Shown in pieces: positions 8,331 to 18,110 of a stretch of 43,071 bases of DNA. The stretch is taken from positions 64,001-107,071 of IMG/VR virus record IMGVR_UViG_3300014489_000001. The stretch is one strand, 5' to 3'. Numbering within the stretch: position 1 is the first letter of the stretch; each line of letters starts with the position of its first letter. The notes under the pieces were generated by a model. That model was not told the DNA's origin and ran no database searches. It worked only from the letters and a program-made list of their open reading frames with translations. Source of the DNA: a virus (Duplodnaviria > Heunggongvirae > Uroviricota > Caudoviricetes). A program made the translations under genes and the position numbers.

Positions 8331-9208
8331 TCTAACACACCTTGATACTCAATGGTTACGTCGTAAGACCCGCAATTCATGTCGCTAGTGCATTTCACAT
8401 CTGGAGCCGGAGTTGAAATGATTCCAGTCCAAACATTGCCTTCGTAATCGATCAATTCAATAGTTTGACCGACAGTCTGTTCAAGGAAATTCAATGTGTT
8501 GGCTGCATCAATACGGCTAATGTTCTTGAACGTCCAGACCAATGTTTCAATGATCGGCCAAACTGGATCAGAATAGATTTCTAAATCGCCGCCGCGAGTT
8601 TCGCGTTGGATTCTTAAGAATTCTATCCTGTCAATATTACCAAGTTCAGGTGCCTTGAGACGCAGATTCAAAGCACCACAACTATACGTTATTCCTACTG
8701 GAAGAGTAGTATCAGGTACAGCTATATTGTAACTGTTGACAGCATCCGTAATAAAATATACGGCTACTGATACTAACGTAAGTGCTTGCGAATCCGACCG
8801 ATTAACAATCAAAGTCGGATGGGCAATTTGTGCTAATGCAAATGCATTTGCTACGGCTCGACTAGGCTTAGCATTTTGACTGATTACTAATATGTTCCGA
8901 CCGTACTGTGGATTGACGCTTGCGCCAATCTGAGTCAAGAACAGAGCGTTACTGAGATCAAAATATTGCGTGTGTCGTGGTGCAAATTGAGAAATACCTA
9001 ATGCTGAACTTACAGATAAATGTAAGTTCAACGCTGGCTGCACATTTTGTTGAAGCACTAAAGCTTCAACAAAATCAAATACACCTTTACTAATCCTGGC
9101 AACCTGAGTGATTACTAAAAATGTAAAAACTCGTTGAGGCGGTCGTGGTGGTATCTCAATTTGAGTCAAGTTGAGCGACGTTGATACCGAAATATTCAGA
9201 GTCGCCAT
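8327..9208 (-). CDS. Distal-tail-like protein with N-terminal degenerate beta repeats
   Basis: Position after the TMP block. The C-terminal ~120 aa (APELGNIDR...YEGNVWTG...YDVTIEYQG) parallels the C-terminus of 18765..20858. Confidence 0.6.
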   Translation of the reverse strand: MATLNISVSTSLNLTQIEIPPRPPQRVFTFLVITQVARISKGVFDFVEALVLQQNVQPALNLHLSVSSALGISQFAPRHTQYFDLSNALFLTQIGASVNPQYGRNILVISQNAKPSRAVANAFALAQIAHPTLIVNRSDSQALTLVSVAVYFITDAVNSYNIAVPDTTLPVGITYSCGALNLRLKAPELGNIDRIEFLRIQRETRGGDLEIYSDPVWPIIETLVWTFKNISRIDAANTLNFLEQTVGQTIELIDYEGNVWTGIISTPAPDVKCTSDMNCGSYDVTIEYQGVLE

Positions 9209-9221
9209 ATTAGCACCTTAG

Positions 9222-9253
9222 AAAAATACCGGGTGGCCTTACGACCACCCGGT
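9222..9253 (-). terminator. Intrinsic terminator-like hairpin
   Basis: ACCGGGTGG-8nt-CCACCCGGT followed by ATTTTTC on the minus strand. Confidence 0.75.
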
Positions 9254-9266
9254 GGTTACAAACCGA

Positions 9267-9830
9267 TTACGCAGACGTTGTGTAGGTGATGTTCAACTGA
9301 TCACCAGAACTTGTAGGAACAGGCGAACCGAAAGGTGCCGTCGCCCACAATTTACCTGTCGTACCGGAGATGGTACTGTTACTGCACACGAAGATTCCAT
9401 AAATCGTGCCACCAGAACCATTGATGTTGAACACGGCTGCACTGGCATTGGTCACTGTTCGCACACCGTCGGAAGCAGTACCAGAACCCCAAGCAACGCG
9501 AGTAGATTGCGAGTACGCTGTGAATTCTGTCCAACCAGCGTGACTGCCCATCACGTCACCAGCGGCCAAAGCCGAGAAGCCGGAGTTAGCGATAAATCCG
9601 ATGTACCACGACGTATTGGCAATTTGCGTCGCAGTGTTGAACATGACATTGAACAGCGTATTCACGCCTTCGTTCGTAATGTCATTCTTGGTGAAGTGCC
9701 TTCCCAAGAGCTTGCCACCACGCAAATGTTCCATGCAGATGGGGTTATTGAAACGCAGACGACTGCCAAGGTCACGATCCTTTTTGGCCGTGAACTCGAC
9801 CTGTTGCTGCATCGTAAACGATTGAATCAT
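9267..9830 (-). CDS. Tail collar/fibre-base-like structural protein (187 aa)
   Basis: ITNEGVNTLFNVMF...WYIGF...TIYGIF...GDQLNITYT pattern typical of phage fibre-attachment proteins; paralogous to 30876..31727. Confidence 0.65.
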   Translation of the reverse strand: MIQSFTMQQQVEFTAKKDRDLGSRLRFNNPICMEHLRGGKLLGRHFTKNDITNEGVNTLFNVMFNTATQIANTSWYIGFIANSGFSALAAGDVMGSHAGWTEFTAYSQSTRVAWGSGTASDGVRTVTNASAAVFNINGSGGTIYGIFVCSNSTISGTTGKLWATAPFGSPVPTSSGDQLNITYTTSA

Positions 9831-9844
9831 TTTGATTCTCCGAG

Positions 9845-12800
9845 TTAGATGTTACCACGCCGCTGTTCACGACGTATTCTGCTGTAAACTGCACGCGCAG
9901 TTTTGTCTGGACTATCTGCACCGTTCACATTGATGTTCATGTGACCGATGCTGTTGTTGACTGTACCACCCGTGGCGTATCCACCGCCTCTTGGCGAATC
10001 TCCACGATTCATTGAAACCAATTGGGAATAAAACTGACGACTCGAATCTGGATTCATAACGAACTCACCAACGCGAGCGTTGATTCGTACATTATCTGGA
10101 CCCATAGCCGAGAAGGCATTTCCAATCAAACCACCGCTTGCGAATCCTTCCTCATCTTCATTAGGTACTGAACCGTTGAAGATATTCGATCTGTCACCTA
10201 CTCCTGGAGAATTTACTGTTAGAACACCACCACCAACAGTTGTTGACCCACCGCCAGGACTTGGCAACGTATACGTGCCATCTGCATTTGGTTTCAATAT
10301 ATTTGGTGCCTTTGGAATATACAAATCCTCAGGTTTGACACCAAACATACGAGCAACTGCTGTAATCGCATCTTGCGAATTCTCAGTATCACGACCTGGT
10401 GAATATTGAAGCATTCGTTGCGCTGTTGCCAAGTTTGATTGATAAAGATTACTCGAATTCACAGCAGGTCCAAATTCCGATCCATTACCTGCTATTGAAT
10501 TTTGAGGACCGCCAGCACCAAATGGTCCACTACCAGTACCAAGTGAACCAGAACCACGTGAACCAGAACCACCGCTAGCACTGACACCAACAGCAGGTCC
10601 TGGGGCAAATGCCGGTGCCGTAGGATGATGCGATGCAGTTGCATGACCAACTGCACCTGTTGCTAGACCATCCATAGCAGTAGCTATCATACCAGCTATG
10701 CCACCACCATGACCTGGAGAAGCAGAAGCAGTATCACTACTACCACCTGCACTTGCTTGTGGTCCAATATTACCGTCCGCATCCATACGTGACGGGCTTG
10801 GTGCTGTTGCACCACGCGGTGTAGTCGCACCACCATTCAAAGAATCCCATAAAGCTTCCGCACTACCAGGTGCTGGTGCAGAGGTTGGCGTTGCTCCTGG
10901 CGACCCAGGTGCCCTCAACGAATCAAACATCGAAGATGCTGCATTCATACTCTGAATTCGCATCTCTCTAACTACTGCCTGCTCTGCCTGCAATCGCACT
11001 ACATTTGCTTCTCTCAGATTGCTGACCGTTGTTCTTCCTTCTTTGATGATACTTCGATCAGCCATCGAGTCACTACGATCTGGATTCCTTGCATCCTTCT
11101 GATCGAAAATCTTCTGAGCAATGTTAAGCAAACGTTCCAACGCCGCCGCAGCAAGCTGCATGTTTTCTGGCGTCTTATCTCTCTGTGCTGCCAAAGCAGC
11201 AGCATTATTTGCAGTTTTAGCATTACGCAACTCAGCTTGGTCTTGTAGACTGATATTGTCCCACGCCGTCAAGTGAGTATGTCCAGCAATCTCATTGCCA
11301 ATCGTTTGAGAATCAGTTAGACCCTTATTCTCCATTCGATTAGCTTCTGATGCATTCAATCGGCTTTGTGCAATCAATTGAGCACTGCTCTTGATTTCAG
11401 CAATAGCAGCATCAAATTTCTGCTTAATCTCGACATGCGCTTGCATAGCATTTCGTAATGCTAATTGTGCGTCTACGTGAGCATTCAATGCGTCACGTGT
11501 ACGACTCAAATCTGCATCGGATGGCGCATCACGATGAATCTGATCGCGTTGCTCGCGACTAATCTGCCCGGCCCTGAGCATCCTATCGGCATTATCCGGA
11601 CCAATCCTCGCAGCCCTAGTAAGCTCGGCCATCACCCTTTCTACACCGCGCGTTAGACTTTCATTTAACGCGGCACCACCACCAGGCCCTGCAAACTGAG
11701 GATTAAGTTCCCCACCATGCTCAACATTGTTTTGACGGAAAAATCTACTTGTAGTAAGTGATGCTTCTTTATTAGCATCACGTTGAGACTTAGAGGCATC
11801 CTCTGCTGATTGTTGACGTTGCCTTAGCATTGCCTGATAAGCAGCTTCTCGTTGTGCCGAAGCAGCATTTAAAGCATTTGCACCTGCTTCACGTTCATCG
11901 TTGAATGGATTATATTGCTGTGCACGTCCAGTCAATCGTCCTTGCAAATCAGCATTACGTCTCGACCGCGCAGCTTCGGTATTAGCAATCTCGTCGTTAA
12001 TGCGTAGAAGTTCTTCTTCTTTACGGCGAGCAGAAGCGATACTAGCATCATCGCCCTTTCTATACAATTCAGCTACTTCTGCTGTCACCCTTGCAGTACG
12101 ATCACGAAGTAAGGTAAGTTGATTTGCAGAATCATTATTTTGCAGCTTATTTAAAGCAACAGCATCTCTTGCCTCTGTACCAGCATGTTTTCCCTTGAAA
12201 GGGGAAACCATGTGCGAACTTCCTGCCGTAGCCAAACGATGCTTGAAAGCATCCTGATCAGCCTTATCGGCAGCCTCACCAACCCGCTTCAAAGAGTTAA
12301 TGATTTCTGCTTCGGCCTTCTTGGCTATGCTTTCAAAATCACTAAGCACTTTACTTAAAGAATGCATAATGCCTTGAGCCGCAGCCTCAGCCTGCTCTTT
12401 CATCTGACTTGCAGCTTCCCTCGCCGACTCAACGGCTTTCTGGGATTCCATTACTTGCGGTTTGAATGATTGAGTAACAACCTGTTCTTGCATCCTTGCA
12501 GTGCCTTCTGTTTCCTCCCGCTGACGACTCAGACCAGCATTATAAGCTGTTTCATTTGCTGCCCTAGCCTCATTTAACTTCCTTGTTGCCTCCGTCATTC
12601 CAGCAAGTTGGCGATTTATTAGGCCCAAACCTTCGCCAACCTTACCCAACCAGCCAGCCCAAATAATAAAGCCATTAACAGTATTAACAATCACTGGTGC
12701 CCATTTAGCAATCTCAGTACCGATTGCAATAATCGGTCCAGAAAATTCACCAAATGCTTTGAAAGCATCAAGAATCTTAGGACCAATTTCGGTTGCGAAT

Positions 12801-14026
12801 GCTGTCGCAATCTTATTGAACTCAGCCTGGAACGTAGTATTCTCACGAATGACTTGTCCAGCCCGCGCAGCTTCTGCTGCAAGCTCTTCACGATTATTAA
12901 GAGGATTTTCTCCCCTACTTAATTCTTCGCCTAATGTCAGAGTACCAAGGGCGCGACGCGATGAAAGTAATTTTCTAGCTGACTCGCCAGTTTCATCCAT
13001 TCGTTCGGCTAGGAGTCTTAAAACATTACCCAATCCGCCATCAGCCGCAGCCGCTTGAACACTGACATATCCGTGATTCAGAAGAATCTTATCAAATTCT
13101 GCTGTTCTTCGTTCAAGCCCCGTCAATGTGCCTTGCAACTGAGACATTGCATCGGCGCCGGTTGAACCGCGTGCTTTGAGTAGCTCGAAAGCATGAAGCA
13201 TGTCCGGCAAGGTGATATTCAGACGAGCAGCACTTGCACCTGTATTGCGAAGTGTATCACCAATTGACTCAAGATCACCACCGTGTTGTGCCACATGGAA
13301 CAACTGATTCATCGTGTTGGCAGCTTCACTTGTAGGAAGCCTGAAAGCCTGCATTATGCCACCTAAGGTGGACATAGCTGAGCCAGTCGATATACCAGCC
13401 ACCTGGGCTAATCGCATAGCCTCAGTCAACGTGTTCATGTCTCCGGCCGATTGAATGGCTCCAGACTGAACACCTTGTCTTGCTGCTGATGCTACCTCAC
13501 CAATTGGCTGATTGAACTGATTAGCTCTCTGGGCCATTTGCTGGCCTAATTGCTGCGTATTACCAACATTTTTATTGAGGGCCTGAATTTGGCCCATTTT
13601 TGCTTGGAATTCAGCAGCAGCCTTGACAGCTTCTCGCATACCGGAAGCGATGTCAAGAAAGACGTGACGAATCGTTGTAACTGCAAGCAAACGAGCAATG
13701 CTGGTCGCAGTAAGTCCAAAAATGCCGGCAGTTTTCTTGGCAGCATTTCCAGCATTATCAAGTTCTTTAGTAGCTTCTTTTAACTTGATGCTGACGGCTT
13801 CCCAACCCTGTGCCGTATTCTTCAAAGTACCTTGTATCTGCTGACCAGCGCTATTGATTCCTTGAAAACCAATCTTTAATTTTTCACCAATGTCATTGAC
13901 TTGCGTCCAAGTTTTAGAAAGCTCGAATGATGCAGTATTGATTCCAGAAAGCGCACCACTAGCTTGTGCTGCACCGCTGACGACACCACTGGCATCAAGC
14001 AGGATTCTTTCAACTGTATCAGCCAT
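9845..14026 (-). CDS. Tape measure protein (TP901-type core), 1393 aa
   Basis: Long helical Ala-rich protein downstream of the chaperones. Core repeat (AMSTLGGIMQAF...LKARGSTGADAMSQL) and the typical C-terminal GFASGG...GEFVMN motif. Confidence 0.92.
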   Translation of the reverse strand: MADTVERILLDASGVVSGAAQASGALSGINTASFELSKTWTQVNDIGEKLKIGFQGINSAGQQIQGTLKNTAQGWEAVSIKLKEATKELDNAGNAAKKTAGIFGLTATSIARLLAVTTIRHVFLDIASGMREAVKAAAEFQAKMGQIQALNKNVGNTQQLGQQMAQRANQFNQPIGEVASAARQGVQSGAIQSAGDMNTLTEAMRLAQVAGISTGSAMSTLGGIMQAFRLPTSEAANTMNQLFHVAQHGGDLESIGDTLRNTGASAARLNITLPDMLHAFELLKARGSTGADAMSQLQGTLTGLERRTAEFDKILLNHGYVSVQAAAADGGLGNVLRLLAERMDETGESARKLLSSRRALGTLTLGEELSRGENPLNNREELAAEAARAGQVIRENTTFQAEFNKIATAFATEIGPKILDAFKAFGEFSGPIIAIGTEIAKWAPVIVNTVNGFIIWAGWLGKVGEGLGLINRQLAGMTEATRKLNEARAANETAYNAGLSRQREETEGTARMQEQVVTQSFKPQVMESQKAVESAREAASQMKEQAEAAAQGIMHSLSKVLSDFESIAKKAEAEIINSLKRVGEAADKADQDAFKHRLATAGSSHMVSPFKGKHAGTEARDAVALNKLQNNDSANQLTLLRDRTARVTAEVAELYRKGDDASIASARRKEEELLRINDEIANTEAARSRRNADLQGRLTGRAQQYNPFNDEREAGANALNAASAQREAAYQAMLRQRQQSAEDASKSQRDANKEASLTTSRFFRQNNVEHGGELNPQFAGPGGGAALNESLTRGVERVMAELTRAARIGPDNADRMLRAGQISREQRDQIHRDAPSDADLSRTRDALNAHVDAQLALRNAMQAHVEIKQKFDAAIAEIKSSAQLIAQSRLNASEANRMENKGLTDSQTIGNEIAGHTHLTAWDNISLQDQAELRNAKTANNAAALAAQRDKTPENMQLAAAALERLLNIAQKIFDQKDARNPDRSDSMADRSIIKEGRTTVSNLREANVVRLQAEQAVVREMRIQSMNAASSMFDSLRAPGSPGATPTSAPAPGSAEALWDSLNGGATTPRGATAPSPSRMDADGNIGPQASAGGSSDTASASPGHGGGIAGMIATAMDGLATGAVGHATASHHPTAPAFAPGPAVGVSASGGSGSRGSGSLGTGSGPFGAGGPQNSIAGNGSEFGPAVNSSNLYQSNLATAQRMLQYSPGRDTENSQDAITAVARMFGVKPEDLYIPKAPNILKPNADGTYTLPSPGGGSTTVGGGVLTVNSPGVGDRSNIFNGSVPNEDEEGFASGGLIGNAFSAMGPDNVRINARVGEFVMNPDSSRQFYSQLVSMNRGDSPRGGGYATGGTVNNSIGHMNINVNGADSPDKTARAVYSRIRREQRRGNI

Positions 14027-14600
14027 TTCTTATCTCCGTCTTTTCGATGTAATCCGAAATCGCTGGCACATCGTCCAGTAAATTTTCATGCAGATAATTA
14101 ATAAATGCCATGTGACCAGCGGCGAAACTCAACCAAGGTGAACTTGGCGTATAAGGATTCGCACTTGCATCATTGATGACATAATACAAGATTGAGGCGG
14201 CGTAATTAAATATAAATACGCCATCTTCTTGCGTGAATACCTTATCTGGAGCGGTTGAAAACTGTCTAGCATTTTCAGGTGTTTTGGGTACTTTGCCACC
14301 GGAATCGGTATAGTAAGAAACCTTACCGTTCAACGGGACGTTGTACACTTTCATTCGTCTCTTGTCCAATTTCCTTCTGAAAGATTCTGGACTAGAGGAA
14401 GCACTCAAACCAATAGCGTCTGCAAGATTAAGAAGGCTTCCGCGTGCAAATCCAGTTTGGACTGGCACGCGGATTAGTACAGCCTTCGCAAATTCTCTCG
14501 CGGCATTCCTCATTACAAGTTGAATAGCTTTAAAGAATGCGGCCGTGTAAGGCTCTCTCTTAAATCCAAACTGAAACAGTGTTGATTTAATGAAAGGCAT
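14019..14600 (-). CDS. HK97 gp10-like neck/tail completion protein
   Basis: VPVQTGFARGS matches the PVDTGxLRxS motif of the HK97-gp10-like family; TAATG coupling to the upstream frame. Confidence 0.6.
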   Translation of the reverse strand: MPFIKSTLFQFGFKREPYTAAFFKAIQLVMRNAAREFAKAVLIRVPVQTGFARGSLLNLADAIGLSASSSPESFRRKLDKRRMKVYNVPLNGKVSYYTDSGGKVPKTPENARQFSTAPDKVFTQEDGVFIFNYAASILYYVINDASANPYTPSSPWLSFAAGHMAFINYLHENLLDDVPAISDYIEKTEIRNG

Positions 14601-14839
14601 TATATCCTCATTCCAATCTTTGCAAATTGTAACTTCTCTTCGGCTTCTTCATAATCGCGTACTTGACTATACGCAATCATTCGAGCTTTCGAATCGGCGC
14701 CGCAACCATCCCAAGTATCCTTAACATCAGGGGGTAGGATTCCTATACGTTCGCAAGCCCGCCAGATGGCGTAGTCACCTGTCCGTCCGCTGGGGACGAG
14801 GCGTCGGAGACTCGTACCGCTTGCGATTGTATAAAACGG
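14600..14839 (-). CDS. Tail assembly chaperone gpT-like extension (-1 frame)
   Basis: Open -1 frame FYTIASGTSLRRLVPSGRTGDYAIWRACERIGILPPDVKDTWD...MRI* with no usable start codon. It ends in TAATG overlapping the next gene. Confidence 0.72.
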   Translation of the reverse strand, partial: PFYTIASGTSLRRLVPSGRTGDYAIWRACERIGILPPDVKDTWDGCGADSKARMIAYSQVRDYEEAEEKLQFAKIGMRI

Positions 14840-15276
14840 TTCCGTGCTTCCTCAATCTTCCGCTCATTCAAACAGTTTGCAATCATGCAACCCTGTGTGA
14901 TGAGGTTCCGTTCGATAAGACTGAAACCGGCATCCTGCAATTCCTTCTCGAAGTTCAACCACGTATCAGGGCGATTTATGTCAATCGTATCCCAGGTAAG
15001 CCCTTCCGTAGCTTCCAGGGACTTGATAAACATGTAGTAGGTTTGAAGCCTCGTTTTGTTGTTCAGCGCAGTGACGAAACTCTGATCGCGGTAATTCTTT
15101 TCACGACCAGTACCGGGCTTGATAATCCATGGAGCTTCCGGTTCTGGACACAGCTTGTTGAAAGTCTCATAATCAGCCACAGCCTGTGCCTTGAAGATGA
15201 TGTCCTCACCGTTACCCCGAGGGATAACGATGAGTTCAACATTGAGACTTTTGATTTCCTTGCCCTGGATACGCAT
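14743..15276 (-). CDS. Tail assembly chaperone (gpG-like)
   Basis: Between tail tube and TMP; RBS GGAG places the start at MRIQGKE (15276). Confidence 0.8.
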   Translation of the reverse strand: MRIQGKEIKSLNVELIVIPRGNGEDIIFKAQAVADYETFNKLCPEPEAPWIIKPGTGREKNYRDQSFVTALNNKTRLQTYYMFIKSLEATEGLTWDTIDINRPDTWLNFEKELQDAGFSLIERNLITQGCMIANCLNERKIEEARNRFIQSQAVRVSDASSPADGQVTTPSGGLANV

Positions 15277-15286
15277 GACTTCTCCG

Positions 15287-16441
15287 TTAGTGAGTGATAA
15301 CTTGGTTGAACGCGTCCTTGGCCACACGAGTGACCGTCGGTTGAGTGAGGTTGCACTTCGCCGTGCACGCGATCATACCGGTCTTTGCATCGTGCTGGAG
15401 TTCTTCGTACCGGAACTCCGCGAGGTCGATGATTTCATTGTCCACGCCGGGGCACGGTGGGACATAGTAGATTTGCAATCGGACGCAATACGGTTCGCAA
15501 GGATCGACACCGGCCGTCACCCAACCAGCAGCCTGGCCGGTTTGCTTGAGGGCGTCTTCCACCATGATGGCTTCACCGCTGGACGACTTGATGAAGACCC
15601 AAGCGAACTCAAGTTTGATTTCGAGTGGGTCTTCGTCACCGTTTCGCACTGCATCCAAGAAGCCACGATTCTTCTTGTATTCGCGTGGCTTCTTCTCGGT
15701 CCACGTGCAGTTACCGTCGCCCAGCTTCACGTTCAGGCTGTGCGGCTGGATGGTCAATGACTGATCATCCTGAACACCCACGGACAAACCAGGAGTGAAT
15801 GTAATCGAAGTCGTGTTGCCATCCGTCTCGGTATGCGCCGTGACGGTGTAAACATTGTCGTCAGGCAGACGATTCGTATCCGTTGGTACGATCTTGAACG
15901 TGTCACCAACGCTCCAGATGCCAGTGCCGGTGTCGATCAACATGGTCGTCGCAGCAACCGCGTATGCGTACACACCAGTAATCACTGCGGCCGATACGAA
16001 AGTGATTGGCGCCGAGCCGCTTGTTTCCATACTGTTATCGGAGTCGACCGTAATCAGATTGGTTTGTGGCTCACTTGCCAAGACGCCAGCAAATGTCACA
16101 GTGAATGGACCAGCGCCCGTTGTACCAGTCACAGTAACGCCACCAGCACCGATTGTTGGAATACTTACCAACGATGCCTGGAGTCCAGCAGCAGTGTAAG
16201 TGCTAGCCCACGCAACTGTGGACTTTGCGCCGAGGAAATCAAAATCAGTTGATCCGGAACCACCAACAGCCGTTGCGCTGAGTGTCAAGGTTTGGGTGGC
16301 AACAGTGCCAGCGTTGTTCACGAGGAACGAGCCAGCTGCAAGGCCGGGGCCGATGTAGCCGTCGTAGATAAAGACGTTCGCGTTCTTGAGGTCGAAATAC
16401 GCGCAAAACGTCTGAACCGGAATACCGGAAAGAAACTTCAT
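15287..16441 (-). CDS. Major tail tube protein with two inserted beta domains and leader MKFLSGIPVQTFC
   Basis: RBS AGGAG. Split tube fold (FDLKNANVFIYDG ... LNVKLGDGNCTWTEK...LEIKLEFAW...FRYEELQHDAKTGMIACTAKC) and highly-expressed codon style. Confidence 0.85.
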   Translation of the reverse strand: MKFLSGIPVQTFCAYFDLKNANVFIYDGYIGPGLAAGSFLVNNAGTVATQTLTLSATAVGGSGSTDFDFLGAKSTVAWASTYTAAGLQASLVSIPTIGAGGVTVTGTTGAGPFTVTFAGVLASEPQTNLITVDSDNSMETSGSAPITFVSAAVITGVYAYAVAATTMLIDTGTGIWSVGDTFKIVPTDTNRLPDDNVYTVTAHTETDGNTTSITFTPGLSVGVQDDQSLTIQPHSLNVKLGDGNCTWTEKKPREYKKNRGFLDAVRNGDEDPLEIKLEFAWVFIKSSSGEAIMVEDALKQTGQAAGWVTAGVDPCEPYCVRLQIYYVPPCPGVDNEIIDLAEFRYEELQHDAKTGMIACTAKCNLTQPTVTRVAKDAFNQVITH

Positions 16442-16454
16442 GTTCAAACTCCTG

Positions 16455-16943
16455 TTAAAGATCGAGCCACATGTTGTAGTGGGCTTCGATGATTGATTGT
16501 GTAATCTTCACATCAACATCCAGTTGACCGAAGTGGGCTACTTGAATAGCGTTCTTATCGTCCGCTTCAAGTTGAAAACAGCCAAGAAGACTCTTGTCGT
16601 CACACTTACCCGTGCCATACTTAAACACAGGAATTGAATTGGCGTAAGCAGAATAAACAATCCCAACTGTTGCATCATGCGCGTAGGCGTTTACCTGATC
16701 CAATTTTGTCGATACTAAGAAGTTAACAATCACCTGATGGTGAGATGTACTCAAAGTAATCGGCGTAGAGATAGGCCCATTAAAACGAGCTTCGGCCCAT
16801 CTGTCCTGCTTGGTGATGTAATTGCCATCCTTGTCAACATGCTCGTTAGTCTCGATATAACACGTGACACCTTTCCCTTTGATGATGTCCGTGAACCATT
16901 TAATCATCGAGGCTCGCATCCACCGTGGCCAGTTTTCATTCAT
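16455..16943 (-). CDS. Probable tail terminator protein
   Basis: Size (162 aa), position immediately upstream of the tail tube, alpha/beta pattern. Confidence 0.55.
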   Translation of the reverse strand: MNENWPRWMRASMIKWFTDIIKGKGVTCYIETNEHVDKDGNYITKQDRWAEARFNGPISTPITLSTSHHQVIVNFLVSTKLDQVNAYAHDATVGIVYSAYANSIPVFKYGTGKCDDKSLLGCFQLEADDKNAIQVAHFGQLDVDVKITQSIIEAHYNMWLDL

Positions 16944-17430
16944 TGTTAGTGCCCTGCCTTAAACACACCTTGGAACAAACAGGGATATTAAGAACTTGAA
17001 AGGGTTCCAAACCTTTTGTCTCTTTCAGGGCCATTAAGAATCCATAATCGCCCATGAGGTTAGTAACATGACTAACTTGGTATCTGATATCCTCAGCAAC
17101 CATGTAGTCATCAACCAGCGGTGTAAACGCAACTGGTAGATCCATCGCATCCAAGATACACATACGAATGCCAACATCAAAGTAGCCACCGTATGTGAAC
17201 GCACGATTTTCCGCAATGAAGGCTCTTGAATAAGCGAACTTTCTGGAATCTTGTTCAGACATGATAACAGCTAAGGGAATTTCAATTTTCGTTCTGGTGC
17301 GACAAATCACACCTGTAGCTGTATCAATATCTTCACTGGTGAACCGATAGAGGTCTACCGGAAACCCATAATCCAGTTTCAGCTTATACATCACGTTCTG
17401 GATGTAGCTCAACGAATTCATTGGATTCAT
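16936..17430 (-). CDS. Probable head-closure (stopper) protein
   Basis: YGFPVDLYR...DTATG...DYMVAEDIRYQV pattern of SPP1 gp16-like beta-barrel stoppers; synteny. Confidence 0.6.
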   Translation of the reverse strand: MNPMNSLSYIQNVMYKLKLDYGFPVDLYRFTSEDIDTATGVICRTRTKIEIPLAVIMSEQDSRKFAYSRAFIAENRAFTYGGYFDVGIRMCILDAMDLPVAFTPLVDDYMVAEDIRYQVSHVTNLMGDYGFLMALKETKGLEPFQVLNIPVCSKVCLRQGTNNE

Positions 17431-17437
17431 GCGTCAC

Positions 17438-17704
17438 CTATTTAGTCCTAATGATCTCCAGCGTCTTGTTCACCAATTCTCGTAACGGAGTATACAGCTT
17501 CGTTACAGATGCCTTAATGATTTCAGCACCAAGGTTTTGTTGATTGCTGTAAACAACAACAGGTTTGTTTAGATTCATAGGCTGATCAGCTACAACCACA
17601 TCACATGGACTATGCTCATCACCTATGAATGCATCGAACCCTGATGCATTTAATGCCGACACCAACATTGTTCCTGCTTGTGCTATAATACAAACACGAA
17701 TCAT
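17438..17704 (-). CDS. Minimal receiver (CheY-like) fold protein
   Basis: RVCII..., DVVVADQPM, PVVVYS follow the REC strand order; the acidic pocket after beta1 is missing. Confidence 0.45.
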   Translation of the reverse strand: MIRVCIIAQAGTMLVSALNASGFDAFIGDEHSPCDVVVADQPMNLNKPVVVYSNQQNLGAEIIKASVTKLYTPLRELVNKTLEIIRTK

Positions 17705-18108
17705 TTTGGTACTCTCCGTTCGAGGTCTTCGACTTGCGAACGGAGAATTGTGTTAGCTGCTTTCAATTTTTCAATTTCGGCAGAATTTTCATTCTTCTCT
17801 GTTTGCAATGCAACAATCTGCTGTTTCATGTTCACGTTCTCCATCAACGTTGCGATATGTGCAGTCTGCATATCAAGAATGCGTTGCTGGACTTCCAGCA
17901 ACTTAGATTCAAGTTTGTTCGATTTGTCAATTTGATCTTGACTAAGTTGACGATAGTTTTTGACAATGAAATCGATGTCAGATTGGGATTGAACCGTTTT
18001 ATCCTTCTTACGGTTTGTGACCCACTCAGAAATCTTAGGCAGGAGAGCCCCTAAGCCAGTCATAACAGTCATCAACACGCCAACCCAAACTGGATGAATT
18101 GGTTCCAT
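17701..18108 (-). CDS. Single-TM coiled-coil protein (holin-like or membrane anchor)
   Basis: TM segment VWVGVLMTVMTGLGALL followed by a long heptad coiled coil. Confidence 0.6.
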   Translation of the reverse strand: MEPIHPVWVGVLMTVMTGLGALLPKISEWVTNRKKDKTVQSQSDIDFIVKNYRQLSQDQIDKSNKLESKLLEVQQRILDMQTAHIATLMENVNMKQQIVALQTEKNENSAEIEKLKAANTILRSQVEDLERRVPK

Positions 18109-18110
18109 TT

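Noticed and set aside
9252-16252. Plus-strand ORFs opposite collar, TMP, chaperone and tail tube genes (e.g. 9252..9848, 14821..15297, 15191..15760)
   Set aside because: Antisense shadows of well-supported minus-strand genes
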